This document shows, one piece after another, positions 12,321 through 23,920 of a DNA stretch of 64,000 nucleotides; positions within the stretch are counted from its first letter, which is position 1, and every line of letters begins with the position of its first letter. Under the pieces are notes generated by a model. The model was not told the DNA's origin and made no database searches. It worked only from the letters and a program-made list of their open reading frames with translations. The stretch is from assembly GCF_964194155.1 (NCBI RefSeq), contig NC_135879.1, forward strand, positions 170,252,001-170,316,000. Direction: 5' to 3'. A program made the translations under genes and the position numbers. Source of the DNA: Cetorhinus maximus (Eukaryota).

Positions 12321-13380
12321 CATCATCCATTGTGAGCATCAACGGTGACTTTCCAACTTCGGTGAGCTGCTTCACAGCAGAGCCATGTCTGTGAGAGTCC
12401 ACCCAGCATGTCATGGACGTTCCTCCAGGGTGCCAGTGCTGTCAGGGTCCAGCATCTTCTGCTCCTCAGGTGTCCGCGATGTGAGCAAGGCTCTGGCGGT
12501 AAGTCCCAACTTCTGCACATCACACTTTTCAATACGTGTTCTGCACCGGCGTGTTTTCCCGCCGATGTGGGCGGATGATCTAGCGGGTGGGGGAATGAGT
12601 CTGCTGGACTGGCCTTATAATGATATGCTGATGTATTTCAATGAGGTTCTGATGTCTGATGGTGAGGAATGCAGCCCGCCATCGACGGGCTTAGTGGACG
12701 ATCGCAATTTGGTTTCAAGATGTTGTGAAACCGATTTTTGGCCTTCTCGCCATATTGCCCGCTCATGCCACCGAACACGTCCGACGCCAGCGGGCACAGA
12801 CGATTCCGCCAGAGTGTCCAAATGTTCAGGTTTTCTTCTGAAAGTCATGTTTGAATTGACAGCCGATATTATGTCTCCCTCTGCTGGTGATATATCAGTA
12901 CTACTCTGACTTTCTGAATCTGTATTGGGGTAATAATATGTTACATATTCAAATCAAAAGAATGAGAAAGCATTGCAAATGCAGTAGCATTGCGCTTTTG
13001 TGCATTGTAAGTAAGAAAGCTTATTTAGTCGTATAAAGGAGGTTCACAGTCACAGATAAGACTCACAGCATTAAAGACTCAGGCACTGATACCTCACAAA
13101 CACTGAAAAATGGGTAGAAAATGTTTCAAGATTGACATCACCAAAACTCATCTGATTATTCCTCTTTTCAATTGGGAAACTACAACGAACTTCAATTATG
13201 ACATTTATTCATATATCTGATTTTAAAACTATTTTCTTCAATGTAAAAAGTGTAATTTTTTTTTAAATTATAGATCGCATTGCGAATTGAAGTTATTTTC
13301 CACAAAGTAAGAATCCACAGAGATTGATGAGGCTTAAACGGAAGACAAGATGAATAAAGATGCAGTGTTTGTGTGATACT

Positions 13381-13576
13381 TTTTTTATTCTTTCAAAGAT
13401 GTGGGCTTCACTGGCTGGGCCAGCACTTATAGCCCATCCCTAGTTGCCCTTGAGAAGATGGTGGTGAGCTGCCTTCTTGAACCGCTGCAGTCCACGTGGT
13501 ATAGGTACACCCACAGTGCTGTTAGGAAGGGAGTTCCAGGATTTTGAGCCGGCGACAGTGAAGGAACAGCAATATA
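13381..13576 (-). mobile_element. Family-2 LINE 3' tail, cut by Harbinger B
   Basis: gatgtgggcttcactggctgggccagc..gcccatccctagttgcccttgagaag..., the same as 53975 onward; breaks at aatata|GGGTGG. Confidence 0.8.
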
Positions 13577-14821
13577 GGGTGGAATTTTCCAAGCCCGCTG
13601 GTGGCGGGAGTGATAGGTGGTGTGCACGGAAAATATGGCGGGACCCACTTTACTTCCGCTCTGCCTGCCGATGGTGGGCTGTGTTTCTGGCCATCGGTCA
13701 GCGGGGAGCTAATTGTAATACATTAGCATATAATTAAAAGGCCATCCCGCCAGGCTCTTGGAACCCCACCGTATCGTCCATCCACGTTGGCAGGAAAGCA
13801 CGTTGACATGTTACACAACAGCGCGCAGGCAACGTGCACTTGGCGGCCTTCACTTTGGGGGAACTGAGGTGAATAAGCAGCAGCGTTCTCCACAGCTCAC
13901 CCATTGTTTACAGACCTCAGGGCACTGGGGGGTGGGGGAAACTGATGCCTGGCCCCACAGGCGAATGCTGAGAGGTGGTCGGTGCCTGGGGATAAGTGCT
14001 GGCCAGTCTCGAAGGCGACTGCTGAAGGGTGGGGAGGATGCCTGGGGGCAAGTGCTGGATAGCCTCGGAGTGACTGCTGAGGGGCGGGGTCAAGTGCTGC
14101 CCTGGCGCTACATCCCGGGCACAGGCAATCGAGGTGGGGGACAGGGTAAGCGAGGGGAGTGGCCACACAGTAGGGACACCTGTATAAGCTGACCATGCCT
14201 CTGCAACTGAGACAGGGAGACGCAGCCACAGTGATATGATTGGAGCCAGGATCCTAGCCTGCCTGCCCATGCAAGCAACATGGGGGCACCAAATGGCCAC
14301 CAAGCACTCCACAGCTTACCTCCCTGCACCTCCCCCCAACCCCCTGGCATAGACTTCGAGTCTGTTGGACGCAGAGCAGTACAATCTCCTCGCCAACACT
14401 GGCCATGTAGCAGTCACTGCTGGAGACGCTCAGCATCTTGCAATCTCAGCATCCCGGTTTGGGCCAGTGTCCCCCATGTCGCAGGTTGACAGGGCAGCCA
14501 TGCAGCACATCTCTGGCCATTCGAGGGGCGGCCAGTACTCTCTGGGAAGCATTAAGGGGCGGTCACACAGGGTCAGGAAAGGTGCTAAGTACAGCCATGA
14601 TAACCACGTCTTGCTCTCTTTCATGCTGCAGGAGAACCACGTCAGGATCATGGATCCTGGTGGCCTATAGAGACCGTAGAAGATGGAGGAGAGAGTGACT
14701 GAGGCTCCTGGCCGCGCAAAGACAGAAGCAGCAACCTCATGAAGAAGGGGCAGCAGGGGCTCCCGCACACGCTGCCCAGGAGCGACAGTGAGCCGGGGCT
14801 GGTCAGCGCCTAGCGACAGCC

Positions 14822-15215
14822 AGGGTCTTTAGATGCCGCCTGCCATTCCTGTAGATGACTGAGAGCCAGTGTCGCTGACGACTGCGCATGTCCAGGGACC
14901 TGGTGGCTCACATCTGCCACTTACTGCAGGACTTGGCGCCAAGGGGACATGGAGGGCATTCACTGCCAGTGGCTGTGAAAGTGACCATGGTGCTCAATTT
15001 CTATGCCAGTGGCTCCTTTCAGGGCTCCACAGGTGGCCTCTGTGGGATTTCACAATAGCCACCCACAAATATATCCATGGGACCATCTTCTCCATGGCAC
15101 ACAACTTTGTACATTTTGCCAGGGACTGGGACAGCCAGGATGCAAGGGTCATTGGATTCGCCCTGATGTCGGGAGTCCCACAGGTGCAGAGCACTCATGT
15201 GGTGCTCAGGTCTCC
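14822..15215 (+). pseudogene. HARBI1-like (DDE_Tnp_4) transposase N-terminal remnant
   Basis: Manual translation from 14822: [76 protein letters not shown], then frameshifted ..FALMSGVPQVQ(GAIDC missing)STHVVLRSP. Confidence 0.85.
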
Positions 15216-15536
15216 ATTGCTACACTGAGAGGAGTGCAGTGGACATCCCTTCCTGGTGTTCCCTAGCTTGCCTTTGCATCTTCAGCAATTGTGACATGAC
15301 CGAGTCCAGAGGCTCATCATCTGACTCGAACTCAGCAACGCTCTGGTCTCCAACAATCCTCTGAGCACCGGGGACCTGGGAAGTCCCTGCCTCCGGCTAC
15401 TGTTGATCAGAAAGTGTGATGTGCTCACCAGACTGATCTCGAGGCTACTCTAGAGTTAGGTCCCACCGAGGTCTGTGTCTCTGCGCTGGTGGAGGGTGTG
15501 GGTGAGCGCTGTGATGGGACTTCAGGGAAGGTGCCT

Positions 15537-15887
15537 TCAGATTCCTCTACAGAGGTTTCTCCAGATCTTGATTGGAGGCCCTGGGTCAGGGACTTTGTTG
15601 ACTGTTTGGCAGATGTGCCTGCGAAAGCAAGGAGAGATAATTAGTGCATGGCAGTAGCATGTGAAACAGGACACGTCACTCACGGCAATGTTGTCTGATA
15701 GATGTTGCACTGCTGGATCCTCGCTTGTTAGAGCAGCACCGACCTCATTGCTAGCACAGGACCTTTCCCGGTCATCGCCGGCCAGCTGGATGGCTCTGTT
15801 TTTGAATTCTGTCAGAACTTTGATCTCCGGCATCACTCCATCTGTCTGTGACCTTTCCCTCCTGTTGTCAGCCAGTTTGTCCTGCAT
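15537..15887 (-). pseudogene. Harbinger Myb/SANT-like gene, exon 2 remnant
   Basis: DKLADNRRERSQTDGVMPEIKVLTEFKNRAIQLAGDDRERSC is homologous to exon 2 of 9468-10110 and follows the same tgcag acceptor. Confidence 0.75.
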
Positions 15888-17419
15888 GGATTGAGATGGG
15901 GAGAGTGTATCAGGAGGCCTGCTGGGCCAGATGATAAGTATGCCTGGCCTGTCTGGGTGGTGAGTGGTCCCATTTGTGAAAATACAGAATATAATTCAGT
16001 CAGTTACCATATAAAAAAGTCATACTTACATATTTAAAAACAAAAAACAACCACTACCAGCCAACTACCAATAAAGCAGTCAACTTGCCAAAAAGCAATC
16101 CTCAAAAATAACCACAGTTCACAAACACTTCAGTTACTTCAACATCTACTCCATTTTACTACAAATTCACTTCTCCATCCCCTTCTACTCTGCTTGAATT
16201 CACTCCACCTTTCAGAAAGGGATGCAAGGAAGGTATCCCAAGGAATGTCCAGTGCAAAAGAACATAATAAAAAGGATAATTGTCAATCATGTGAAAACAG
16301 CATTTTGCTCTGGTTAGAAATAGGCAATCCAAATTGTGACAGCATGAAACACAGAAATCTAATAAACACTGAAGATGCGAACAATATTATAAAAGGTACC
16401 TCAAACATTAAAGATATTGGGAATTATTTGGTGCACATAAACAGCCACTGCAAATGAGCTGCTATTTGATAGCCCCTTCCTTGTGTCACTGATCAATCCA
16501 CAGGATCCGGATGATCTTCCTAATTGCACAGGTTGTCTGGTCTTGTATCTAATGGCAATCATTTGGCCTGGAGAACTATTCTGCAATGTGGAGTGAGAGA
16601 ACCCTCCAATTCTAGTCAAATGTAAAAGTAGATCAACAGATGAGACCATTACTGTTCCTACATTTCTGAGTAGAGTAAATAATGATTGACTATTTTGATA
16701 AATAAGCTTTCTCATAGAGACTTTCTTAGATCAATGACAGGCTTTATGAATTTCTTTACAGTTAATACCCTTGTTTTCTGACACAGGATTACTCACCCAA
16801 CTTTAGTACATTGTATTCTGTACCCATTATAATGGTGTATTTACATTCTTTATCTAATAATCTGTTTGCTTACTAGATTATGTGCACTTAATTCTATTTT
16901 GAGAATGGGTTAATTATCCATACCTAGAATACTGTGGCTATGAGCAAGTGACAACAGTAATCCCAAACTTAAAAAAAGTATGTGCAGTTTATCTAATGAT
17001 ATTTTCTCAATCATTTCTAGTTACCTTTTATAGACATACATGATGCTGAATTTCTGCATCACGAAGTATAACCCTCATCATCGGCAGAATATCACTGGAC
17101 TTTGTTACACTCACAAAGCAGAAGGATGAGCCAATTATGGAATAACTCTTTCTCTTCTTTACTGCGTAGCATTTACCTACAATAAATAAACTTTTATCTG
17201 TGCTGTGCTAAGCTTTAATAGGCTTTGGTACTTCATAGCTCAGGGATCAAAGATTTTTTGACATTTTGTTATGATCTCTGTAGAGACTGATAACTTTTAG
17301 AAAGAGATTCCAGCTTCCAGTTACTGGCTGAAAGAATGACAGGGTAAGATTTCACATTTTAAAACTTTTACTCTTACAGATGACTTAAAAAAAACACTAT
17401 TGACTCAATAATTTTCTTT

Positions 17420-17972
17420 TCACAGAATCACAGAATGTTAACAATGCAGAAGGAGGCCATTCGTTCCATCGTGTCTGTACCAGCTCTCCAAAAGAGCATT
17501 ATGACCTGGTGCCATTGCCCTGCCTTTTCCCCGTACCGTTGCACATTGTTTCTATTCAAATAATCATCTAATGTCCTCTTGAATGCCTCGATCGAACCTG
17601 CCTCCACCACACTTCCAGGCAGTGCATTCCAGACCCGAACCACTCGTTGTGTGAAAAAGTTTTTCTCACTTCACACTTGCTTCTTTTGCAAATCACTTTA
17701 AATCTGTGCCCTCTCGTTCTTGATCCTTTTATGAGTGGGAACAGCTTCTCTCTATCTACTCTGTCCAGACTCCTCATGATTTTGAACATCTCTATCAAAT
17801 CTCCTCAGCCTTCTCTCCAAGGAGAACAGTCCCAACCTCTCCAGTCTATCCTCATAACTGAAGTTTCTCATCCCTGGAAACATTCTTGTAAACCTCTTCT
17901 GCACTCTCTCCAATGTGTTCACATCCTTCCTATAATATGGTGCCTAGAACTGTACATAATATTCCAGCTGAG
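17420..17972 (-). mobile_element. CR1 LINE 3' end
   Basis: ORFs 17568-17798 (IEMFKIMRSLDRVDREKLFPL..RTRGHRFK) and 17428-17643 (VWNALPGSVVEAGSIEAFKRTLDDYL). Confidence 0.9.
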
Positions 17973-18609
17973 GCAGCTTATACATTAAACTACAGAGAAG
18001 AGTTTCCCTATTTAACTTTTAGTATGACACTTTCCTCTAGCTCCTGCTGTGGTTATACATTACACTATCCTTTAAGTGGACACTTCAGCATCCAGGACCC
18101 AGTCTAAAATTATTCTCAGCTTCCAATGCCTTGCTTTCTTTTGACTTTCCCAGTTTGGTAACTTTTGTTCCCAGAACAGACTTTCACTGTGAGTGTTACA
18201 CTGGAGATACCTTCCCTCTAGCCCAAGCGAGGTGAATCTTCCAGCCTCCTTTAAATCTTCACAAACTCAGTCTCTTCAATCTGAGCACAAGCTCACACCC
18301 ACGTTCAACATGGTGAACAATAGAGTCAACATTTTCTCTGCTTCAGGTGCAGTACTGGCTGCCTCTATCTCCTGCTCTTTGCTCCTCAGATGGCTGCAGA
18401 CTGCTCCAAACCAGCTGCTGCCTGCCTGTGATTAACTCATTGATTTGTAGGAAAGCCTATAACTTGACCTTAAAAATGGCTTTCTCTGCCCTTTTCCCCA
18501 TGGCAACAACCTTGCATTCGGGTAGCAATGCTAATTAGCTATCTTTGATCCCAACTCCCTTTCGTCTGAGAAGTAAATGGACAGTTTACAGCACAACTGT
18601 TTATAACCC

Positions 18610-19522
18610 TGTTGTGGCACAACGGATGGTAAATGCTAAGCTGCTCAAATCCAAAAGCGAAACTTGAAACAACTGCTATAACTGTTTTGCAATTTGTATT
18701 TTTATTTTGAGATGTGTGCCTTGAATTCAATAGTAATAAATCCACCGAATCTTAGAGTTTTTTTAAACAAAACTAAATTAAACATTTATTAATAAAATAA
18801 ATAATTTTAAGCACATACATAGGTTTACAAATTACTACTATGATAACTCCTAGCTCCCCTAATTAATCTAACTCCCAGTTATACCTCCGTTAAGGTGACA
18901 GTAAAAACAAAATAGATTTTAGCAGACCCAGACAAAGCACATAATACTCTATACAGAGATATTCACTGTGAATTCTCTTAGCTTTGGTTCCTGTAGGCAG
19001 CAGCTTGTTACATAGAGGCTAGAGGCTTTTCACATTTGTTAGATCTTAGACATACACATAACTTCATTATCTTTCCCCTTACGCATAGCTTCATCTCCTT
19101 TATACATGTTTCTTCCTTTTTAATGTAAATCCCATTGTTACAATATGTCTTTGGACTTTACCTTTCTAATAATAAATATCTTTCATAGTACCAATTTTAT
19201 CAGTAAGCTTTGGGGAAAAATAAAATGTACACTGTCGGGCTTCTTCTGGCTAAATGTAACATTTCACCCTCTTCTTTGAAATTCAAACTACTCTGGCTTA
19301 TCTAAAAATGCAAATTTTCCTTTACATTTCACTTTTTAAAACTTCAGCCATGTTTACTTATTTGGCATTTCAAACCCAGCTTCTCCTCTCATACATCAAA
19401 ACCTTCAGACCAGCTATCTTTAAATCAATTCAGTCCCACACAGAGAGACTATCCAAACTCCACTATTCCTATTTTACAATAAATCCCAATAACATTATGA
19501 AAATTATTATATTTTCATGACA
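18610..19522 (-). mobile_element. Solo LTR (913 bp)
   Basis: TGTTGTGG...TTCATGACA termini, perfect 4-bp TSD ACCC (18606-18609, 19523-19526), homologous along its length to 50532-51287. Strand inferred from TTTATT. Confidence 0.8.
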
Positions 19523-19609
19523 ACCCAATACCAACAATACCTTTCTGGGACTTTGAGAAACCAAAAATCTACTAAAAGTAAAATAAGAGACTGCTGCTAT
19601 TGTCTTCAA

Positions 19610-20153
19610 GGGGAAAATTTTTCCTATGGTGGGTGGACTGGGCGGGAGCGGGCGGGGGTGGTGCACGAAAGAGCGCAGCAATCTACCTGAGGCTTTGAGC
19701 TGCCTCAGGGAGATTGAATGGATTGTAAAACTTTTCAATAAAAAAAGTAAAAATATATTTAAACATGTCCCCCTTGTGACAGTGTCACATGAGCTGGGAC
19801 ATGTTTGTGAAGCATGTAAAATTTATTTATTTGTTTTATAAAATTTACAGGGAACCTCATCCCGCCTGTGGATGAGGTTTCCTGAAAACTCAAAGGCCGC
19901 TTGGGCTCTTTGCCTGCCCTCCAAAATAAGGTTGGACGGGCAGCATTCTAAACTAGTTTAATTACTTTTTTAATGGCCTTAATTGGTCGTTGACAGTTCG
20001 GCGGGCTCGCAGCTACCTCCAGTGCATGCCCGCTGAACGAAATATCGAAACGATGGGTGATGACGTTGGGATGCACGCCTGACATCAAAGTGCATCATTT
20101 TACGCGTCAACGTGTCGGACCTGCCCCCTCACACCAACAGCAATATTCTGCCC
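19610..20153. mobile_element. MITE family A copy 3
   Basis: TIRs GGGGAAAATT / TATTCTGCCC, 3-bp TSD CAA; internal blocks shared with 94-865. Confidence 0.8.
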
Positions 20154-20559
20154 CAAGTGTAAATATCTTGCACCTTTTTCCCAATCTAAGGTTTCGTTTG
20201 ATCCCTAACAATCAAACCATCCAGGTTCACTGTCAGGCAGACTATAGAACAGGTCACATGACCCTTTTCATTTATCCTAAATTTAAAGCTCCAGTCCCAA
20301 AATATAGTAATCTTATAAACCTCATAATTGTAACAATCCAGCAACTGGAGCTCATAGTCCCAGATGGTGCATCAACTATGAAACAGCTGGATGGTGCAGA
20401 AATGCCAGATTTTCACGATTACAAGACGAAGAGAACAATTCATGACTGCTAACGTGTTTCTCTTTTCTTTACATAATTGTAAATGTTATTCTTTGCAGGA
20501 AAGACTACTTGCATTAAAAGAATTTGATTCTTATCCTAGTGGCATGAATGGCACTCAGC

Positions 20560-20845
20560 TATGGTAGCGTAGTGGTTATGTTGCTGAACTAATAAACAAG
20601 AATCCTACACAGATAATAAATAGATACACAAGAGCAAATCACACCATGAAACTCTGTGAATAAAAACATTAAATAAATCTGGTATGAAAAGCTGGTACCA
20701 GTAAAAATGATCATGATTGTTGTAAGAATCCAACTGGCTCTTAAATGTCCTTCAGGTAAGGAAATCTGCCATCCTAACATGGCTGGTCTACAATATTACT
20801 CCAGCCCTACACCAGTGTGGTCAACTCTTAATTACACATTAAAAT
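20560..20845 (+). mobile_element. tRNA-derived head (same family as the SINE at 47438)
   Basis: A-box-like ggtagcgtagtgg; body ..tgtccttcaggtaaggaaatctgccatcctaac..tgtggtcaactctt matches 47438-47705. Confidence 0.7.
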
Positions 20846-20851
20846 GTATCA

Positions 20852-21233
20852 GTCTTGGCTCAGCTGGTAGCGCTCTCACCTCTGAGTCTATAGGATGTGG
20901 GTTCAAGTCCCACTCCAGGACAAAAGTCAAGACTGACACTCAAGTGCAGTACTGAGGGACTCCTATGTTGTTAATGCCACGAGGCATTAAATTAAGGCCC
21001 CATTTGCTCTCTCAGATGGACATAAAATGTGGCAATATTTTGATCATAATCTATCCTTCAAATCAACATCACAAAAAACAGATTGTCTGGTCACCACCAC
21101 ATTGCGATTTGTGGGAGTTTGCTGGGTGAAAATTGCTGCTGCATTTCCTACAGTAACTATTCTTTAAATGTATTTAATTGGCTTAAAGCAATTTGGAATG
21201 TCTGGTGGTCGTGAAAGGCACTGTATAAATACA
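20852..21233 (+). mobile_element. DeuSINE (SacSINE1/AmnSINE1-like), near full length
   Basis: tRNA head ggctcagctggtagc..gggttcaagtcccac, Deu-like core, and 3' tail gtcgtgaaaggcactgtataaatac. Family assignment from recalled consensus. Confidence 0.75.
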
Positions 21234-21499
21234 ATTCAAGTCAAGTAAGCCACTCAGTTACATAGCCATAGTTCACAAACACTTCAGTTACTTCAGTACA
21301 AATCCACTCCATTTTACTACAAATTCACTTCTCAGTCTCCCCCTCTTCTCTGCTCTACTCTAATTTGCTTCAACTTTCAGAGTGGAGTACAACATAGGTA
21401 ACCTCTTCCTCTTCTCCAATTTGCCACTATGAGAATTAGTACAAAGAATAAAACAAGATGGGCCACTCGGTTTCAGTGTAAGCAGCGATTTCAGACACA

Positions 21500-22372
21500 C
21501 CTCAGCACTCCTCACTAACATCACAGGACATGTGCCAAAGTTTGCAAACTATTCCACAAACTAGACAAGCCACCGCCTACCCTTTTAAGGAAAGGTCATC
21601 GACTTGAAATGTTAACCCTGTTTCTCTCTCCACAGATGCTGCCTGACTTATTGAATATTTCCAGTAATTTCTGCATTAATTTCAGATTTCCAGCATTTGT
21701 TTTTTGGATTTGTAACAGCCTGACATAGTAGCACTCACAGAATCATATTCATCAGCCAATGTGCAAACATCTCCACCACATCACTGGTGATCCTATCCCA
21801 GCATGAGACACCTACCAGAGATAAGGACACAGTTGTAAACAGACAGCAATGACATGGAGTCTTCAGCAGTGGCTTTAGATCCCATGAAGTCTCGTGGTTT
21901 CAGGCAAAACATGGGCAAGGAAACATCCAGCTGATTAACACCTACTGCACTTCCTCAGATAATCAATCTGTGCTCCACTTGGATGAAATACTGAGGATTG
22001 GAAGGCCACAGAATGTACTCTGGATAGGAGAGTTCAATGTCCATCGCCAAGGTACCGCCACTGATCATGGTGGATGATTCATGAAAGACAGAGCTGTCAG
22101 ACTGGGCCTGCAGCAAATGATGAAAGAGAGCACAACCTACTTGCACATACTGATTTATCTGTTGCAGATGCATCTGTCCATGATGGTATTGGTAAGAGTG
22201 ACCACCACACAGTCCTCAAGGAGGCCAAGTTCCACCCTCACAGTGCAGACACCCTCCATCATGCTGTGCTAAAAGGGATAGATTGGGAACAAGTCTTGAA
22301 GATCAAAACTGGACATCCATGAGGCAGTGTGGGCCTTCAGCATCAGCAGAATTGCATTCAACCACAATCTAT
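21500..22372 (+). mobile_element. Family-2 LINE endonuclease region, interrupted by a Penelope-type fragment (21586-21712)
   Basis: Degenerate APE motifs: PDIVALTES, WIGEFNVH, SVHDGIGKSDHHTVL (ORF 22074-22322). Confidence 0.75.
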
Positions 22373-22679
22373 TGTTACAGACAGGAAAGGAGAGATAAAC
22401 TGAAACCCTCAATTCCCTTCCCTTCTGTCCGTAATTAGTGTGGTTTATGTATGAAAAGGTAGATGTATGTGTTTCTAAACCTGTTAATGTGTGGTCAATT
22501 TAAAGAGTACCAGCAGCAGACTTTCATGGGTTTAAACAAAGAGGATTATTTATTCACAAATTCACCCCTAAAGATCTAAATGCTACATCAGTCACACACC
22601 ACACAATCGGAAAGGCTACAACTGAAGAAGGCAGTGCACTTCTACAAGTATTAAACCAAAGGAATATTTAACAGTTCAC

Positions 22680-23190
22680 ATGTTTTTGAGAGTCCAGTGA
22701 AGAAGGACATTTTTCCACACTGGAATTGGTTTCCACCCACCCCCTCAGGCTGATCATGCCCCTTTTGTCCCCCTACCCACCCCCCATCGTGCCTCATGAC
22801 CCCTATGGCAAGCTTTGACACTTCCATGCCTGTTGACCCACTGTACACTTTCTAGAACCAGGAAATGCCATAGTGTATAGAGGGTATGTATAAAAAAAAG
22901 CTTTGAAAAAAGTAATCCATTGATAACTTTCTCCTATGCTTGAAAAAAATAGTCTAGGCCCCAAGTTAATAAGTCTCAATCATCCAGGCCCTTTGAGGTT
23001 TCAAAAACAGTAAGCCACAAACCCTTGCAACCACTTATGTCAATAAACATTGTGAAATTAACTGCAGAGATCAGAGAGCCTGAGCTGTCAATCAAACAAT
23101 GCTTCCTCTGGGGGCAGCTATTCAAATAGCTGTCTGGGCTCTCAGCCAAGCATATATAATAAGGCTTGGCTGAGAGCCCAGACAGCTATT
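22680..23190. mobile_element. Family B fragment ending in a perfect hairpin
   Basis: gagctgtcaatcaaac and C-rich catg repeats shared with 24775-25842. Confidence 0.5.
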
Positions 23191-23356
23191 ATATCATAAG
23201 GAATGACGGGGTCTGATTATTACATGAAGCAGAGAGGATATCTAGCAAACAAAATTGTGTTAGTGGGGAAGAGCAAAAAATCTTTGGTACATTGCATTTT
23301 CATTCCATTGTATCATTTGCCCTCAGTCAACAAGCTTATTTTGGAGGGAGGAAGGA

Positions 23357-23655
23357 CATGCATTTATGTAATCCTTTTCATGACCTCAGTTGGTCCCAAA
23401 GCTCTTTATAGTCAATTAAGTACTTCTGAAGTATAGTCACATCTACACGATATGAAAATGGAGCAGTCAATTTGTGCAGAGTTCACAGTTCCACAAACCA
23501 CAATATTTTTATTCAATAGTGACCAACACTGCTTTATTTTAGTTACATAGATTGAGGAATAAAAATTGCCCAAGACACTGGGAGAGCTCTACTGCTCTTC
23601 TTAAAATAATCCATGGGACTTTTAAATTCACCTGAGGGGGCAGATAAGGCCATCT
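23357..23655 (-). mobile_element. DeuSINE 3' part
   Basis: Reverse complement of the DeuSINE tail and core (catgcatttatgtaatccttttcatgacctcag..tcccaaagc..). Confidence 0.65.
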
Positions 23656-23689
23656 TAAAAAAACTTTTACAAGTAACAGCTCCAAAATC

Positions 23690-23920
23690 ACGTAAGTTAA
23701 CATGGCCACCTGCAAGATTCCCTTCAAGTCACAAGTCATCCTGACTTGGAAATATATTTCTGTTCTTTCACTGTCACTGGGCTGAAATGCTGAAACTCCC
23801 TCCCTAACAGCACTACGGATATATATATGCACAAGGATAGCAGTGTTTCAAGGTGGCAGCTCACCACTGCCTTCTCAGGTGCAATTAGAGATGGGCAATA
23901 AGTCTTGACCTTGCCAGCAA
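23690..23920 (+). mobile_element. Family-2 LINE 3' tail
   Basis: cacctgcaag..tcatcctgacttggaaatata..gcagctcaccac..gcaattagagatgggcaataa. Confidence 0.75.

Larger units (their letters stand above)
9200..12810. mobile_element. Degenerate PIF/Harbinger transposon A (Myb/SANT gene on +, transposase almost entirely deleted)
   Basis: Imperfect TIRs GGGGAAATCATC / GACGATTCCGCC, CpG-rich subterminal regions, and a Myb/SANT-like coding remnant. Confidence 0.75.
13577..15970. mobile_element. Degenerate PIF/Harbinger transposon B (transposase +, Myb/SANT -), internally deleted, right end lost
   Basis: Left TIR GGGTGGAATTTTCC; convergent transposase and Myb-like remnants joined at ~15225. Confidence 0.8.
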
